The notes under the pieces are model-generated. The model was not told where the DNA came from. It saw only the letters and a program-made list of their open reading frames with translations, and did not search any database. A stretch of 64,000 bases of DNA, from the NCBI GenBank assembly GCA_963703225.1, contig OY969801.1:512001-576000 (forward strand), in the 5' to 3' direction. Source of the DNA: Candidatus Eiseniibacteriota bacterium. GTDB lineage: Bacteria > Eisenbacteria > RBG-16-71-46 > SZUA-252. Positions 9,177 to 20,879 of the stretch are shown in pieces. The stretch's first letter is position 1. Each line of letters opens with the position of its first letter. The translations under genes and the position numbers were made by a program.

Positions 9177-10313
9177 GTGAAATCCCGCCGGGGCGCGCCC
9201 GCTGCCAAGGCGGCGGGTCGCGCGGATCGTAGGGAAGCCAAGACGGGTGGTCAACGCGAGACCGCCCCGACGCACGGCGCCGCCGCCGAGCTGGCGTCGC
9301 TCGACCCATCGGCTCGTGGCCTCTGGGAGGCGGAGGTTTCCTCGCCCGAGGCTCCCAACCGCGGCGCCATCATCCAGAACATGATCGGCGTGAGCCCGCG
9401 CATGCAGCGGGTCTTTCGCCTCGTGGAAAAAGTCGCGCCGACCGAGAGCACCGTCCTGATCACGGGAGAGAGCGGGACGGGGAAGGAGATGATCGCGACC
9501 GCGATCCACCTTCAGAGCCGACGAGCCCACCGACCGTTCGTCACCGTCAATTGCTCCGCGATCCCCGAGACGCTCTTTGAGAGCGAGCTGTTCGGGCACT
9601 CGCGCGGCGCCTTCACCGGGGCCGTCTCCGACCGGGTTGGCCTCTTGAAGCAGGCCGACCGGGGCACGATCTTTCTGGACGAGGTCGCGGAGATGCCGCT
9701 CTCCGTGCAGCCCAAGCTTCTCCGCGCCCTCCAGAGCGGCGACGTGCGCCGCGTGGGGGATTCGGAGGAGCTTCGGCTCGACGTCCGCGTCATCGCGGCC
9801 AGCAACCGCGACGTGAAGCGGGCGCTCACGGAAGGACGGCTCCGGGAGGATCTCTATTACCGGCTGGGCGTCTTCCAGATCGAGCTTCCGCCGCTCCGAG
9901 AGCGCCGCGAGGACATCCCGCTCCTCGCGAACTACTTCCGGGAGCGTTTCGCGCGGCGACTCAAGAAGCGGGTGGATCGGTTCAGCGAGCGGGCGCAGCA
10001 GCTGCTTTTGCGATACGACTACCCGGGGAACGTGCGGGAGCTGGAAAACGCGATCGAGCGCGCTGTCACGGTCTGCGAGAACGGTGAAATCACGCATCTC
10101 GATCTCCCCCCGGCGTTCCGAGAGGTGCCGGTCCCTCTCCTGCGCGAGGGAGACGCGTTTCCCTACGCCGAGTCCTTGACCCTCTCCCAGCTCGAGGCGG
10201 AGCACATTCGCCGGGTCCTGGCGAGCGTGGCCGGGAACACCACCAAGGCGGCCAGGAGCCTCGGAATTTCCCGCTCGACCCTCTGGCGGAAGATGAGGCA
10301 GTATAGGATCTGA
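9177..10313 (+). CDS. Sigma54-dependent enhancer-binding protein (AAA+ and Fis HTH) with no recognisable N-terminal sensor domain
   Basis: GESGTGKE, ESELFGHSRGAFTGA, FLDEV, WPGN-like YPGNVRELEN and HTH LGISRSTLWRK. Start uncertain (9177 to 9381). Confidence 0.93.
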   Translation: MKSRRGAPAAKAAGRADRREAKTGGQRETAPTHGAAAELASLDPSARGLWEAEVSSPEAPNRGAIIQNMIGVSPRMQRVFRLVEKVAPTESTVLITGESGTGKEMIATAIHLQSRRAHRPFVTVNCSAIPETLFESELFGHSRGAFTGAVSDRVGLLKQADRGTIFLDEVAEMPLSVQPKLLRALQSGDVRRVGDSEELRLDVRVIAASNRDVKRALTEGRLREDLYYRLGVFQIELPPLRERREDIPLLANYFRERFARRLKKRVDRFSERAQQLLLRYDYPGNVRELENAIERAVTVCENGEITHLDLPPAFREVPVPLLREGDAFPYAESLTLSQLEAEHIRRVLASVAGNTTKAARSLGISRSTLWRKMRQYRI

Positions 10314-10315
10314 TG

Positions 10316-10372
10316 GTTCCAAAATAGAACATGTTTCGGTTTCAATTTGAAACATATGTTCCATTTTGGTAC
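10316..10372. promoter_or_regulatory. Three tandem imperfect palindromes, candidate upstream activator sequences
   Basis: GTTCCAAAATAGAAC (10316-10330), GTTTCAATTTGAAAC (10339-10353) and GTTCCATTTTGGTAC (10358-10372), 70-125 bp upstream of a -24/-12 element. Confidence 0.7.
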
Positions 10373-10399
10373 GTATTTCAGAACTCCGCAAAATCTTGT

Positions 10400-10425
10400 T
10401 AAGTAGTTTATTAATTTATAGTTAC
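10400..10425. promoter_or_regulatory. AT-rich IHF-like bending site
   Basis: The reverse complement of 10400-10412 is AATAAACTACTTA, one mismatch from WATCAANNNNTTR. It lies between the palindromes and the sigma54 promoter. Confidence 0.5.
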
Positions 10426-10440
10426 AGTTGTTTTTCTCCG

Positions 10441-10456
10441 TGGCACGCGGGGTGCA
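10441..10456 (+). promoter_or_regulatory. Sigma54 (-24/-12) promoter for hsp20-dnaK
   Basis: TGGCACG-CGGG-GTGCA, with GG and GC at the canonical spacing. Confidence 0.8.
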
Positions 10457-10538
10457 GTGATCGGGGTTGAGCGCTCGGAGCGGCACGAGGCCGCTTCGGC
10501 AGTAACTCAAACCCAAGGCCACAGAGGAGGGCAGTACC

Positions 10539-10985
10539 ATGGCACTAGTTCGTTGGACGCCATTGCGGGACGTATTTCAGACGCGAAGCGACATGGGTCG
10601 GATGCTGGAGGAGTTCCTGGGCAATCGGGGCGTATCGCCTGAGGGTGCGGTTGTTTGGCAGCCCGCGGTCGATATCGAGGAGAGCCCGGAGGGGTACTTT
10701 GTTCGCGCGGAGCTACCGGGCATGAAGCTCGAGGACATCAAGATTACGCTCGCGGACAATGAGCTCGTGGTGCGCGGCGAGAAGCGGCGGGAAATCGAGA
10801 AGAAGGACGCGACCTACCACCGCACCGAGCGCGCCTACGGGCAGTTCGAGCGTGTATTCACGCTGAACCACGCCGTGCGTGCGGACAAGATCGAGGCGAC
10901 CTACAATGAGGGCGTGCTCGAGGTGAGCATCCCGAAGGCGGAGGAAGCCAAGACCCGCGAGATCCCGGTCAAGACGTCGCGGTAA
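10539..10985 (+). CDS. Small heat-shock protein (Hsp20/alpha-crystallin)
   Basis: WQPAVDI, AELPG, ERAYGQFERVF, ATYNEGVLEV and C-terminal IPV. SD GAGGAGG. Confidence 0.95.
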   Translation: MALVRWTPLRDVFQTRSDMGRMLEEFLGNRGVSPEGAVVWQPAVDIEESPEGYFVRAELPGMKLEDIKITLADNELVVRGEKRREIEKKDATYHRTERAYGQFERVFTLNHAVRADKIEATYNEGVLEVSIPKAEEAKTREIPVKTSR

Positions 10986-11098
10986 CGGAAACAGGATACG
11001 GACGGCATCCGGGAACCCGCATCGACGGACCCGGAGTCGAATTCAAGGGACGTGGAGGGGTGTGAAGCCCCTCCACGTTCATCGCACTGGAGGAAGTC

Positions 11099-13026
<1,928 letters not shown>

Positions 13027-13040
13027 CCAAACCGAGAGGA

Positions 13041-13544
13041 TTGCGCGTGGGCGTCCTGACGTTGGAAAAGGCCACCTTTGGGGCCGGGTGTTTCTGGGGT
13101 GTTGAGGCGGCGTTCCGACAGCTTCCCGGGGTCGTGTCGACCCAGGTCGGGTACGCGGGCGGGAGCGCGCCCGCCCCGACCTACGAGCAGGTCTGCTCCG
13201 GCCGGACCGGGCACGCCGAGGCCGTCGAGGTGACGTACGATCCCACGCTCGTCACCTACGACGACCTCCTTCGTGTTTTCTGGGAGAACCACGACCCCAC
13301 CACGCCCAATCGCCAGGGGCCGGACGTGGGAGAGCAGTATCGGTCGGTGATCTTCTACCATTCGCCGGCGCAGGAAGCCGCGGCGAAGGCCTCCCAAGCC
13401 GCGCTCGAAGCGGCGAAGCGCTTTCGACGGCCGATCGTGACGCAGATCGTCTCCGCCGGTCCGTTCTACCGCGCCGAGGAGTACCACCAGCAGTACCTAG
13501 AAAAGCGCGGGCTCGCGAGCTGTCACATCTCCCCGGCGGAGTAG
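13041..13544 (+). CDS. msrA: Peptide methionine sulfoxide reductase A
   Basis: [24 protein letters not shown] and AEEYHQQY. The start may instead be 13047 or 13062. Confidence 0.95.
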   Translation: MRVGVLTLEKATFGAGCFWGVEAAFRQLPGVVSTQVGYAGGSAPAPTYEQVCSGRTGHAEAVEVTYDPTLVTYDDLLRVFWENHDPTTPNRQGPDVGEQYRSVIFYHSPAQEAAAKASQAALEAAKRFRRPIVTQIVSAGPFYRAEEYHQQYLEKRGLASCHISPAE

Positions 13545-13639
13545 CCCGCGCCATGGGTGCGATGACGAAGTAACTCGCGCGGCCGCGGGCCTGGCGAAGT
13601 AACGCCCGCCACCGCCGCGGCGTGCTACGATTCGGCGTC

Positions 13640-15911
13640 ATGCTCGGGAAGACCCTCTCCCACTACACCCTCCAGAACAAGCTCGGCGCCGGCGGCATGG
13701 GCGTTGTCTACGTCGCCCGCGACGAGCGGCTGGGGCGGGACGTCGCGCTCAAGCTCCTGCCGCAGGCCGCGCTCACCGACGAGACCTCCCGCGCCCGATT
13801 CCGGCGGGAGGCCATGGCCCTCTCTCGCCTCAACCATCCCAACATCGCCACCGTCCACGATTTCGACTCGCAGGACGGGTACGACTTCCTAGTCATGGAG
13901 CTGGTGGAGGGGGAGACCCTGGCCCAAAAGCTCGCGCGCGGCGCCGCGACCGAGGCGGAGACCGTCGCGTTCGGCATCCAGGTCGCCGAGGCGTTGGAGG
14001 AGGCGCACGAGCGGGGCGTGGTCCACCGGGACTTGAAGCCCGCGAACATCATGGTGGGGCCCAAGGGGAGGGTGAAGGTGCTCGATTTCGGCCTCGCCAG
14101 GCTGCTCCGCTCCGAGGACGTGGTCGAGACCGTGAGCATCAGCGCGACGGGGACGTGGTCGGGCACGCTCCCGTACATGCCGCCGGAGCAGCTTGAGGGG
14201 GAGACATGCGACGCGCGGGGGGATCTCTACGCGCTCGGAGCGATTCTCTACGAGATGGCGACCGGTCGGCGGGCTTTCCCCGCCACGAACGCCGCGAAGC
14301 TTTTGAACGCCGTGCTCAACGAACGGCCCGCGCCTCCCTCATCCGCATGCGCGGGACTCTCACCCGCGTTCGACACCTTGGTGCTCCGCGCGTTGGAGAA
14401 GGATGCATCCCGGCGACAGGCGTCCGCCCGCGAAGTCGCCCGCGACCTCCAGGCGATCGCGGCGGGTGAGACGCGCGCGGGTGCTACCGCTCCCGCACTG
14501 GGCGGGGCGTCCGGGGCCACCGCCCCCGACCGCATTCAATCGCTCGTCGTGCTTCCCCTGGAGAATCTTTCGGGCGACCCCGAGCAGGAATATCTTCGCG
14601 GACGGGATGACCGAGGAGCTGATCGCCGATCTGGCGCAGATCCAGGCACTCCGCGTGATCTCCCGCACCTCGGCGATGCGCTACAAGAAGACCCAGAAGA
14701 CGCTCCAGGAGATCGGGCGTGAGCTGAACGTGCAGGCGGTCGTGGAAGGCTCCGTCCGCCGGCACGGCGATCGCGTGCGGATCACCGCGCAGCTCATCGA
14801 GGTCGCCTCCGACCGGCACCTCTGGGCCAAGAGCTACGAGCGCGACCTTCGCGACGTGCTGGCGCTCCAGGGGGAGGTGGCCCAGGCGATCGCCCATGAG
14901 ATTCAGGTGAAGCTCACGCCCCGCGAGGAGGCGCGGCTCGCGAAGGGGCAGCGCGTCGCCCCGCGCGCCTACGAAGCCTATCTCAAGGGGCGCCATCACT
15001 GGAACCAGCGGACGGAGGAAAGCATGCTCCGGAGCCTGGAATATTTTCGCCAGGCGATCGAGCTCGATCCAGGCTGGCCGACGGCCCACGTTGGGCTCGC
15101 CGACGCGTACAACGTGCTCGGCTACTTCGGCGTTCTCGCCCCGGTCGACTGCTTTCCCAAGGCGAAGGCGGCCGCGCTCGCGGCGCTCGAGGTCGACGAG
15201 GGCCTTGGCCAGGCGCACGCCGCGCTCGCGTATGTTCAGCACTACTATGAATGGGATTGGGGGGCCGCCCGGCAGAGTTTCCTGCGGGCCCTCCAGCGGA
15301 ACGAGGGAGACGCCTACATCCACCTCTTCTACATGAACTATCTCTCGGCGACGGGCCAGCACAAGGAAGCCATCCGCGAGATGGACCGCGCCCTAGAGCT
15401 CGACCCGCTCTCGATGATCATCAATACCGCGGTCGGTTGGTGTCGATTCTTCGCCGGCGACTATGCGGAGGGGGTCCGCCTCACACGCCGAGCGACCGAG
15501 CTCTTTCCCGAGTTCCTGCCCGCGAGGGTCTGGTTTTCACTGATCCTGGAGCAGCACGGGCAATTCGAAGAGGCGCTCGCTCAAGCGGAGCGCGGAGCCG
15601 CGATCGGAGGACGAACCCCGGCCGTGTTGGCCGCGTTGGGCCGGACCTACGCCCGGCTCGGACGGACCGAAGAAGCCGAGGCGATCGTCCGCGAGCTTCA
15701 CGAGCTCTCCAAGCGGCGATACGTCTCGCCCTACGACATCGCGGTCGTCCTGGAAGCGCTGAACCGCCCATCCGACGCGCTCGACCAGCTCGAGCGCGCA
15801 TACTCGGGCCGCGCCAATTTCCTGGCCCTCTCGAAGGTCGACCCCCGCCTCACGGGGCTCCGCCGCGAGCCGCGCTTTGAGGACCTCCAGCGGCGATTGG
15901 CGCTCCCGTAG
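13640..15911 (+). CDS. Hanks-type Ser/Thr kinase fused to a TolB-N-like and TPR region (one frameshift near 14594)
   Basis: GAGGMGVVY, VALK, HRDLKPAN, DFG and YMPPEQ, then SLVVLPLENLSGDPEQEY|FADGMTEELI and TPR helices. Confidence 0.9.
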
Positions 15912-16072
15912 CGGGGCCATGGCCACTCCGGGCGCCGGCCCGGGAGATCCCACACCCGCCCATTTCACCCCGCCAGCCCTCACTTCTTCCTAATCTTTCA
16001 CCCCCAACAGGCCGATAACGTTTCCGTTAGGGGCAGAAGCCCTTGTCTGGTCAACGGGGGAGTCCGAACGCC

Positions 16073-17515
16073 ATGAATCTAAATGTGGCTATCATCATGC
16101 CTTCCGGCTCCGAACGGGATCGTCTGGCGGAGCACGTCGAGGGGCAGGGCTGCGCCGTCCAGATCGCGGACGACGTCACCCAGTTCCTCGCGCGTGGCGG
16201 CGAGGAGGGCTGTTCGCTCGGAATTCTCGATTTCGGCGAGGCGCACGCGGGGGGAACGACCAACGGCGCTCCGGGGGCGCCGGGGCAGGGCGAGAGGCGG
16301 GAGGCCGTGCGGCTTCTCAAGCAGCGCGCGCCGCGCATGCAGCTCGCCCTTTGGCTCGATCGTGCCGAAGCCGCCGATGGGGCGGAGATGAACGAGCTCG
16401 GCATCCGGAACATCTTCCTCAAGCCGGTCCGCTTCGAGCCGATCGACGGCATCCTCAAGGCCGCGGGCCGGAGCGCGGTCCAGCAGGTCCGCGAGCAGCG
16501 CGAGAGCGCCCGCGTCCAGGAGGAGTTTCGGTTCGATCGGATCGTGGGCGAGAGCGCCCAGATCCGCGAGTCGATCGAGCTGGCTCGAAACGTCGCGTCC
16601 TCGGGGGCCACATCGGTCCTGGTGCTGGGGGAGAGCGGCGTCGGAAAGGAGCTGTTCGCCCGGGCGATACACGGGGAAAGCCCGCGGTCCAAGGGTCCTT
16701 TCATGGAGATCAACTGCGCCGCCATTCCGCGCGAGCTCCTCGAGAGCGAGCTCTTCGGGCACGAGAAGGGTGCCTTCACCGACGCCACCGCGCTTCGCAT
16801 CGGGCTCTTCGAGGCGGCCGAGCACGGCTCGGTCTTTCTCGACGAGGTGGGCGAGTTGCCATTGACGCTCCAGGCCAAGCTCCTCAAATTCCTCGATTCG
16901 AAGATCGTCCGCCGGGTGGGCGGCTCCCGCGACATCCAGGTCGACGTGCGGATCCTCGCCGCGACCAATCGCGCGCTTGTCGATGAGGTGCGCCAGGGCC
17001 GGTTCCGCGAGGACCTCTACTACCGTCTCAATGTCGTGCCGATCGAGATTCCGCCGCTCCGCGGGCGCGAAGGAGACGCGGTGCTCCTCGCCCGCCTCTT
17101 CGTCGAGCGGGTGGGCCGGAAGCTGGGCAAGAAAGCCCGCCTCGTGGCACAGGCCGAGCGCGAGATCGGCCGCTACCCGTGGCCCGGGAACGTGCGAGAG
17201 CTGATGAACGTGATCGAGCGCGCGGTGCTCCTCGCGCGGGCCGAGGAGATCGGTCCCGACGAGCTCGCGATTCCCAAGATCCGCGACCGCGCTTCCGAGA
17301 ATGTCGACATCGCCGACCTCGGGATCCGTCTGCCCGCCGAGGGGATCTCGCTCGTCGCGGTGGAGAAGGTGGTGATCGAGGAGGCCTTGACCCGCACCCA
17401 CGGAAACGTGGTAGAGGCGGCCCGCCTGCTCCACATCGGGAGGGGCAGCCTCCGATGCAAGATGCGCCGCCACGGGCTCACCCGCGAGGAGCCTTCGCGC
17501 GTCGGCGTCGCCTAG
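16073..17515 (+). CDS. Sigma54-dependent activator with a degenerate receiver domain
   Basis: GESGVGKE, ELFGHEKGAFTDA, WPGNVREL and a Fis HTH. The N-terminal REC-like fold keeps GILD and LKP but lacks the acidic pair. Confidence 0.9.
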   Translation: MNLNVAIIMPSGSERDRLAEHVEGQGCAVQIADDVTQFLARGGEEGCSLGILDFGEAHAGGTTNGAPGAPGQGERREAVRLLKQRAPRMQLALWLDRAEAADGAEMNELGIRNIFLKPVRFEPIDGILKAAGRSAVQQVREQRESARVQEEFRFDRIVGESAQIRESIELARNVASSGATSVLVLGESGVGKELFARAIHGESPRSKGPFMEINCAAIPRELLESELFGHEKGAFTDATALRIGLFEAAEHGSVFLDEVGELPLTLQAKLLKFLDSKIVRRVGGSRDIQVDVRILAATNRALVDEVRQGRFREDLYYRLNVVPIEIPPLRGREGDAVLLARLFVERVGRKLGKKARLVAQAEREIGRYPWPGNVRELMNVIERAVLLARAEEIGPDELAIPKIRDRASENVDIADLGIRLPAEGISLVAVEKVVIEEALTRTHGNVVEAARLLHIGRGSLRCKMRRHGLTREEPSRVGVA

Positions 17516-17536
17516 GTAAACGTCGCCGCGAATCCC

Positions 17537-18262
17537 CTACCTCTGCCTCGCCAAGATCCCGCTGAACACGTCCATCCACGCGTGCGCCACCATCCCGGGC
17601 CGCAAGCTCTTTCGCCACCGCGCGAGAATTCCGTACGCCACCGCGAGAATCGCGATCGTGATCACCAGTCGCGTCCCCTGGTAGCCGTGCGAGACGCCGA
17701 AGATCGCTGCCTGCCCGAGGATGCCCACCACCACGCTCCCACTCATGGCGTGGAGCTGCCTCTGGAGATAGCCCCGGAAGATCGCCTCTTCACAGAAGCC
17801 TGCCGTTAGGGAAAGCACGATCCAGATCGGGATCTCAATAGGGCCCTGGGGCAGAAGTGTTCCGATCCCCTTGGCGCTATCGGGTCCGAGGAAGCGGTCG
17901 ACGAGTGTCTGTCCCGCGCCCCATGCGAGCCAGAACCCAAGGCCGATAACGAGGTCGCGGAGGACGTCCTTCCAGCTGGACCACCGCCCGGAGACGAGAT
18001 CGCGGAGCTTCAAGCCGCTCCGCCGGATCCCGATGAGCACGAAACGAAGCAAAGCCCACTCCGCCACGATCAGGGAGAGGTAGAGGGAAATCGCCCCGCG
18101 GTGCTCTGCCACGATCTGGCTCCCGTCGCGCGACGCGCTCTGGAGATGCGCCCCGTACCCCGCGATCGCAAGCAAGATTCCAACCAGCGCCAGCGTATGC
18201 CAGAGGGGCGCCAGTAACTTTCGGTCAGCTGGTCTTGATTCTGCCGATTCGTCGGGTTCCAT
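17537..18262 (-). CDS. CPBP/CAAX (Abi) intramembrane protease
   Basis: EEAIFRGY, FGVSHGYQG and AHAWMD. Start placed at ATG 18262, overlapping the padR 3' end. Confidence 0.9.
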   Translation of the reverse strand: MEPDESAESRPADRKLLAPLWHTLALVGILLAIAGYGAHLQSASRDGSQIVAEHRGAISLYLSLIVAEWALLRFVLIGIRRSGLKLRDLVSGRWSSWKDVLRDLVIGLGFWLAWGAGQTLVDRFLGPDSAKGIGTLLPQGPIEIPIWIVLSLTAGFCEEAIFRGYLQRQLHAMSGSVVVGILGQAAIFGVSHGYQGTRLVITIAILAVAYGILARWRKSLRPGMVAHAWMDVFSGILARQR

Positions 18263-18827
18263 CTCGTCCACCCTTTCTGAGCCGGGCGCGAATTCGCCGA
18301 ATGGACTCATCACACCACCGCAGCTTGGCAACCTGGGAGAGCACACCCCACCGGAGCGAGAGCTGGACGTGGAAATCGGGAAGGGGGGCCACCTCCGGGT
18401 AGGCGGGGTCTGCCTGGGCCCACCGGCGCTCGATTTGCCGGAGCTCACGCAGACGTTGGGCCACGCTCTCCCTCAGCGCTCCGAAGAACTCGAGCGTCTT
18501 TCCCAGGTCTCCCAGCTCGTCCATCAGATAGATCTGGGCAAGAAAGGCGAGCCGCTCGTCCCCGACCTGGGGACCCCCGGAGAGCCACGCCTGGAGCGCC
18601 TTCCTTCCCGGGGGGGTGATCTCGTACACCCGCCGCCCCCGGCCTCGCTTCGCCGGGGCGCTCCGCGAGCGAAGCCAACCCTTCTTCTCCAACCGCTTCA
18701 GCGTGGGATAGATCTGGCTCAGCTCGGCCGACCAGAAGTGTCCGATGCCCTCATCGAACATCGCCTTCAGATCGAATCCGCTGGCGGGTTGGCGCAAGAG
18801 GCCGAGGAGCACGTGGTCGAGGCTCAT
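18225..18827 (-). CDS. PadR-family transcriptional regulator with C-terminal helical domain
   Basis: MSLDHVLLGLL, FWSAELSQIYPTLKRL and RRVYEIT. Confidence 0.92.
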   Translation of the reverse strand: MSLDHVLLGLLRQPASGFDLKAMFDEGIGHFWSAELSQIYPTLKRLEKKGWLRSRSAPAKRGRGRRVYEITPPGRKALQAWLSGGPQVGDERLAFLAQIYLMDELGDLGKTLEFFGALRESVAQRLRELRQIERRWAQADPAYPEVAPLPDFHVQLSLRWGVLSQVAKLRWCDESIRRIRARLRKGGRDGTRRIGRIKTS

Positions 18828-18834
18828 GGGCGGA

Positions 18835-18862
18835 ATAATATAACTAATTATATAAATGTCAA
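18835..18862 (-). promoter_or_regulatory. Sigma70 promoter for padR with an overlapping palindromic operator
   Basis: TTGACA-16-TATTAT ends 7 nt before the ATG. The palindrome ATATAACTAATTATAT lies at 18838-18853. Confidence 0.75.
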
Positions 18863-18938
18863 TATTAATTCCAGGCGCGGCCCGGCCCCGCTCGGCCGCC
18901 GGCCACCCACGGCCACACCGATCTCCGCCGCCCCGCGC

Positions 18939-18967
18939 TTGACACCGCCGCCGGGGCTATCTAGCCT
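18939..18967 (+). promoter_or_regulatory. Sigma70-type promoter for the ECF sigma operon
   Basis: TTGACA-17-TAGCCT. Confidence 0.6.
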
Positions 18968-19021
18968 AGGATGTTTTTCGAACCGATCCCCAATCGATCG
19001 CATCCTAGGAACGAGGCACCC

Positions 19022-19624
19022 GTGCCCTCTCCGGAAACGGACGAGCAGCTTGTCCGCAAGGCTCAACAGGATGACGAGCGGGCCTTTGGCGAGTTAGTTC
19101 ATCGCTATGAGTCCAAGGTCTACAGTTTGGCGCTGAAGATGCTACGAAACCCGGAAGACGCAGAGGATGTCCTCCAAGACACGTTTCTTCGCGCCTATCG
19201 CGGCATCAAATCCTTCCAGGGGAACTCGACATTCTCGACTTGGATCTACCGCATCACGGCCAACTCCGCCCTGATGCGATTGCGCCGAAAACACCTTCCC
19301 ACGGTTTCAATCGACGACGCGGATGAGCGGGAAGCCCCGATCAACATCGCCGATTGGGCGCCTGGGCCCGTAGAGCAGCTCCTCAACCAGGAGACCCAAC
19401 AGGCGATGAACGACGCCGTCGAGTCGCTTCCCCCCGAGTTTCGCCAAGTTTTCGTCCTGCGCGACATCGAGGAGTTGTCCAATTCCGAAGTGGCGGAGAT
19501 CCTCGATCTCTCGGTGGCGGCCGTGAAGTCCCGGCTCCACCGGGCGCGCCTCAAGGTCCGGGACCGGCTCACGCCGTTTTTCACCGAGCCGAAATCGCGG
19601 CGCGCGATGGGAGCCAAACCATGA
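19022..19624 (+). CDS. ECF RNA polymerase sigma factor
   Basis: DAEDVLQDTF, FSTWIYRI and VKSRLHRAR. Start placed at GTG 19022. Confidence 0.93.
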   Translation: MPSPETDEQLVRKAQQDDERAFGELVHRYESKVYSLALKMLRNPEDAEDVLQDTFLRAYRGIKSFQGNSTFSTWIYRITANSALMRLRRKHLPTVSIDDADEREAPINIADWAPGPVEQLLNQETQQAMNDAVESLPPEFRQVFVLRDIEELSNSEVAEILDLSVAAVKSRLHRARLKVRDRLTPFFTEPKSRRAMGAKP

Positions 19625-19890
19625 TGACTTGCAAGGAGGTACTCGAGTCCCTCTCCTCGTATCTCGACGAAGATCTCAAGCAGGAGGTCGCCGTCGAGAT
19701 GCACAAACACATCGGACTCTGCAGCGACTGCCGCGCCGAGTTCGACACGCTGACGATGACCATCAAGCTCTACCGCCGTATGGACACGCCCCCGATGCCC
19801 GCTGCCTGCCACGAACGCCTCGTCAAGGTCCTCGAGATCGAGAAGATGCGGAAGAAGGGCGGGCCGCCCACCCCTGGCGCGGGAGCATGA
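19621..19890 (+). CDS. Soluble zinc-finger (ZAS) anti-sigma factor
   Basis: C..V...LSSYLD and HIGLCSDC (HxxxCxxC). ATGA overlap with the sigma gene. Confidence 0.88.
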   Translation: MMTCKEVLESLSSYLDEDLKQEVAVEMHKHIGLCSDCRAEFDTLTMTIKLYRRMDTPPMPAACHERLVKVLEIEKMRKKGGPPTPGAGA

Positions 19891-20879
19891 CCAAGGCGGG
19901 AGAACCGAAAGCAGAGTCCGATCCCCGCCGGATCCACCTCTTTCGCCCGCAGAACCAGCTCGGCGACCTCCTCCTCAACGTCCCGGCCATTCGGGCCATT
20001 CGAATCCGCTTTCCCCGCGCGCACCTGACCCTCGTCGTCGGTCGCCAGAACGAAGCGGCCGTCCTGGGCCAGCCCTGGGCCGACGAAGTCCGCGTGGTGG
20101 ACGCTCGGGGTCTTGTGGGCATCCTCCGCGCCGCGCTTCCACGCGGGGCGCGCCCCGATCTCGCGGTGTACTTCACGACCGTTTCGTATTCCAAGGGCGG
20201 CGCGATCCTGGCGCGTGCCTCGCGGGCGCCCGTGCGGGTCGGGTTCGATCCGGCGCGCTATGGGATGAGGGACCTCGCGGGATTGACCCGCGCGCTCCCC
20301 TATCCGGACCGGCCCCTGCACCAATCGGAGGTGAGCCTGGCCCTGGCCGCCGCGGTCGGGGCCGGGGCGCCCCCGCCGCCGCCTCACTTCATCGCCGATC
20401 CTGCGCTGGCCGCACAGGCGCCTTCGAGCGTCGCCTACCTCCATCCGGGCGCCGGCAAGACGAAGAATCGGTGGCCTGCCGAACGGTTCGCAGCCGTCGC
20501 GAGGGAGCTTCTCGCGCGCGGCATGGACGTGCACTGGATCGAGGGACCTCAAGATTCGGGCTGCGTCGAGAGCGCCACCCGATCGCTCGGCCATTCGCTC
20601 CCGATCGTGCGAGGCGAGTCGATCGCGCGCTTGGCGGCGCGATTCTCCAGGGCGGCGCTTTACGTTGGAAACGACACGGGCCCGCTCCACCTCGCGGGAG
20701 CGACCGGGTGCCCGACGGTGGGCGTCTACGGCTGGTCCGACCCGGCGGAGTGGGCGCCGGTGGGGCGCACGGTCCGGAGCGTGCGCTCCGCCGATCACTC
20801 GCTGGAATCGATTACCCCAGAACAAGTGCTCGACACGGCGTTGCCCCTTCTCATGGAGGAACGATGCGCGACGGCATGA
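19887..20879 (+). CDS. GT9 (ADP-heptose:LPS heptosyltransferase-like) glycosyltransferase
   Basis: LGDLLL..P, HPGAG...RWP and GNDTGPLHLA. ATGA overlap with the anti-sigma gene. Confidence 0.9.
   Translation: MTKAGEPKAESDPRRIHLFRPQNQLGDLLLNVPAIRAIRIRFPRAHLTLVVGRQNEAAVLGQPWADEVRVVDARGLVGILRAALPRGARPDLAVYFTTVSYSKGGAILARASRAPVRVGFDPARYGMRDLAGLTRALPYPDRPLHQSEVSLALAAAVGAGAPPPPPHFIADPALAAQAPSSVAYLHPGAGKTKNRWPAERFAAVARELLARGMDVHWIEGPQDSGCVESATRSLGHSLPIVRGESIARLAARFSRAALYVGNDTGPLHLAGATGCPTVGVYGWSDPAEWAPVGRTVRSVRSADHSLESITPEQVLDTALPLLMEERCATA

Noticed and set aside
10316..10372. Mini-CRISPR interpretation of the three palindromes
   Set aside because: The units are 15 bp with 4-8 nt gaps, there are no spacers of CRISPR length and no cas genes.
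10314..11098. CIRCE, HAIR or sigma32 elements before hsp20, dnaK or clpB
   Set aside because: No TTAGCACTC-N9-GAGTGCTAA or convincing equivalent found. The clpB CTTCAA...CCCCTGAT has the wrong spacing for sigma32.
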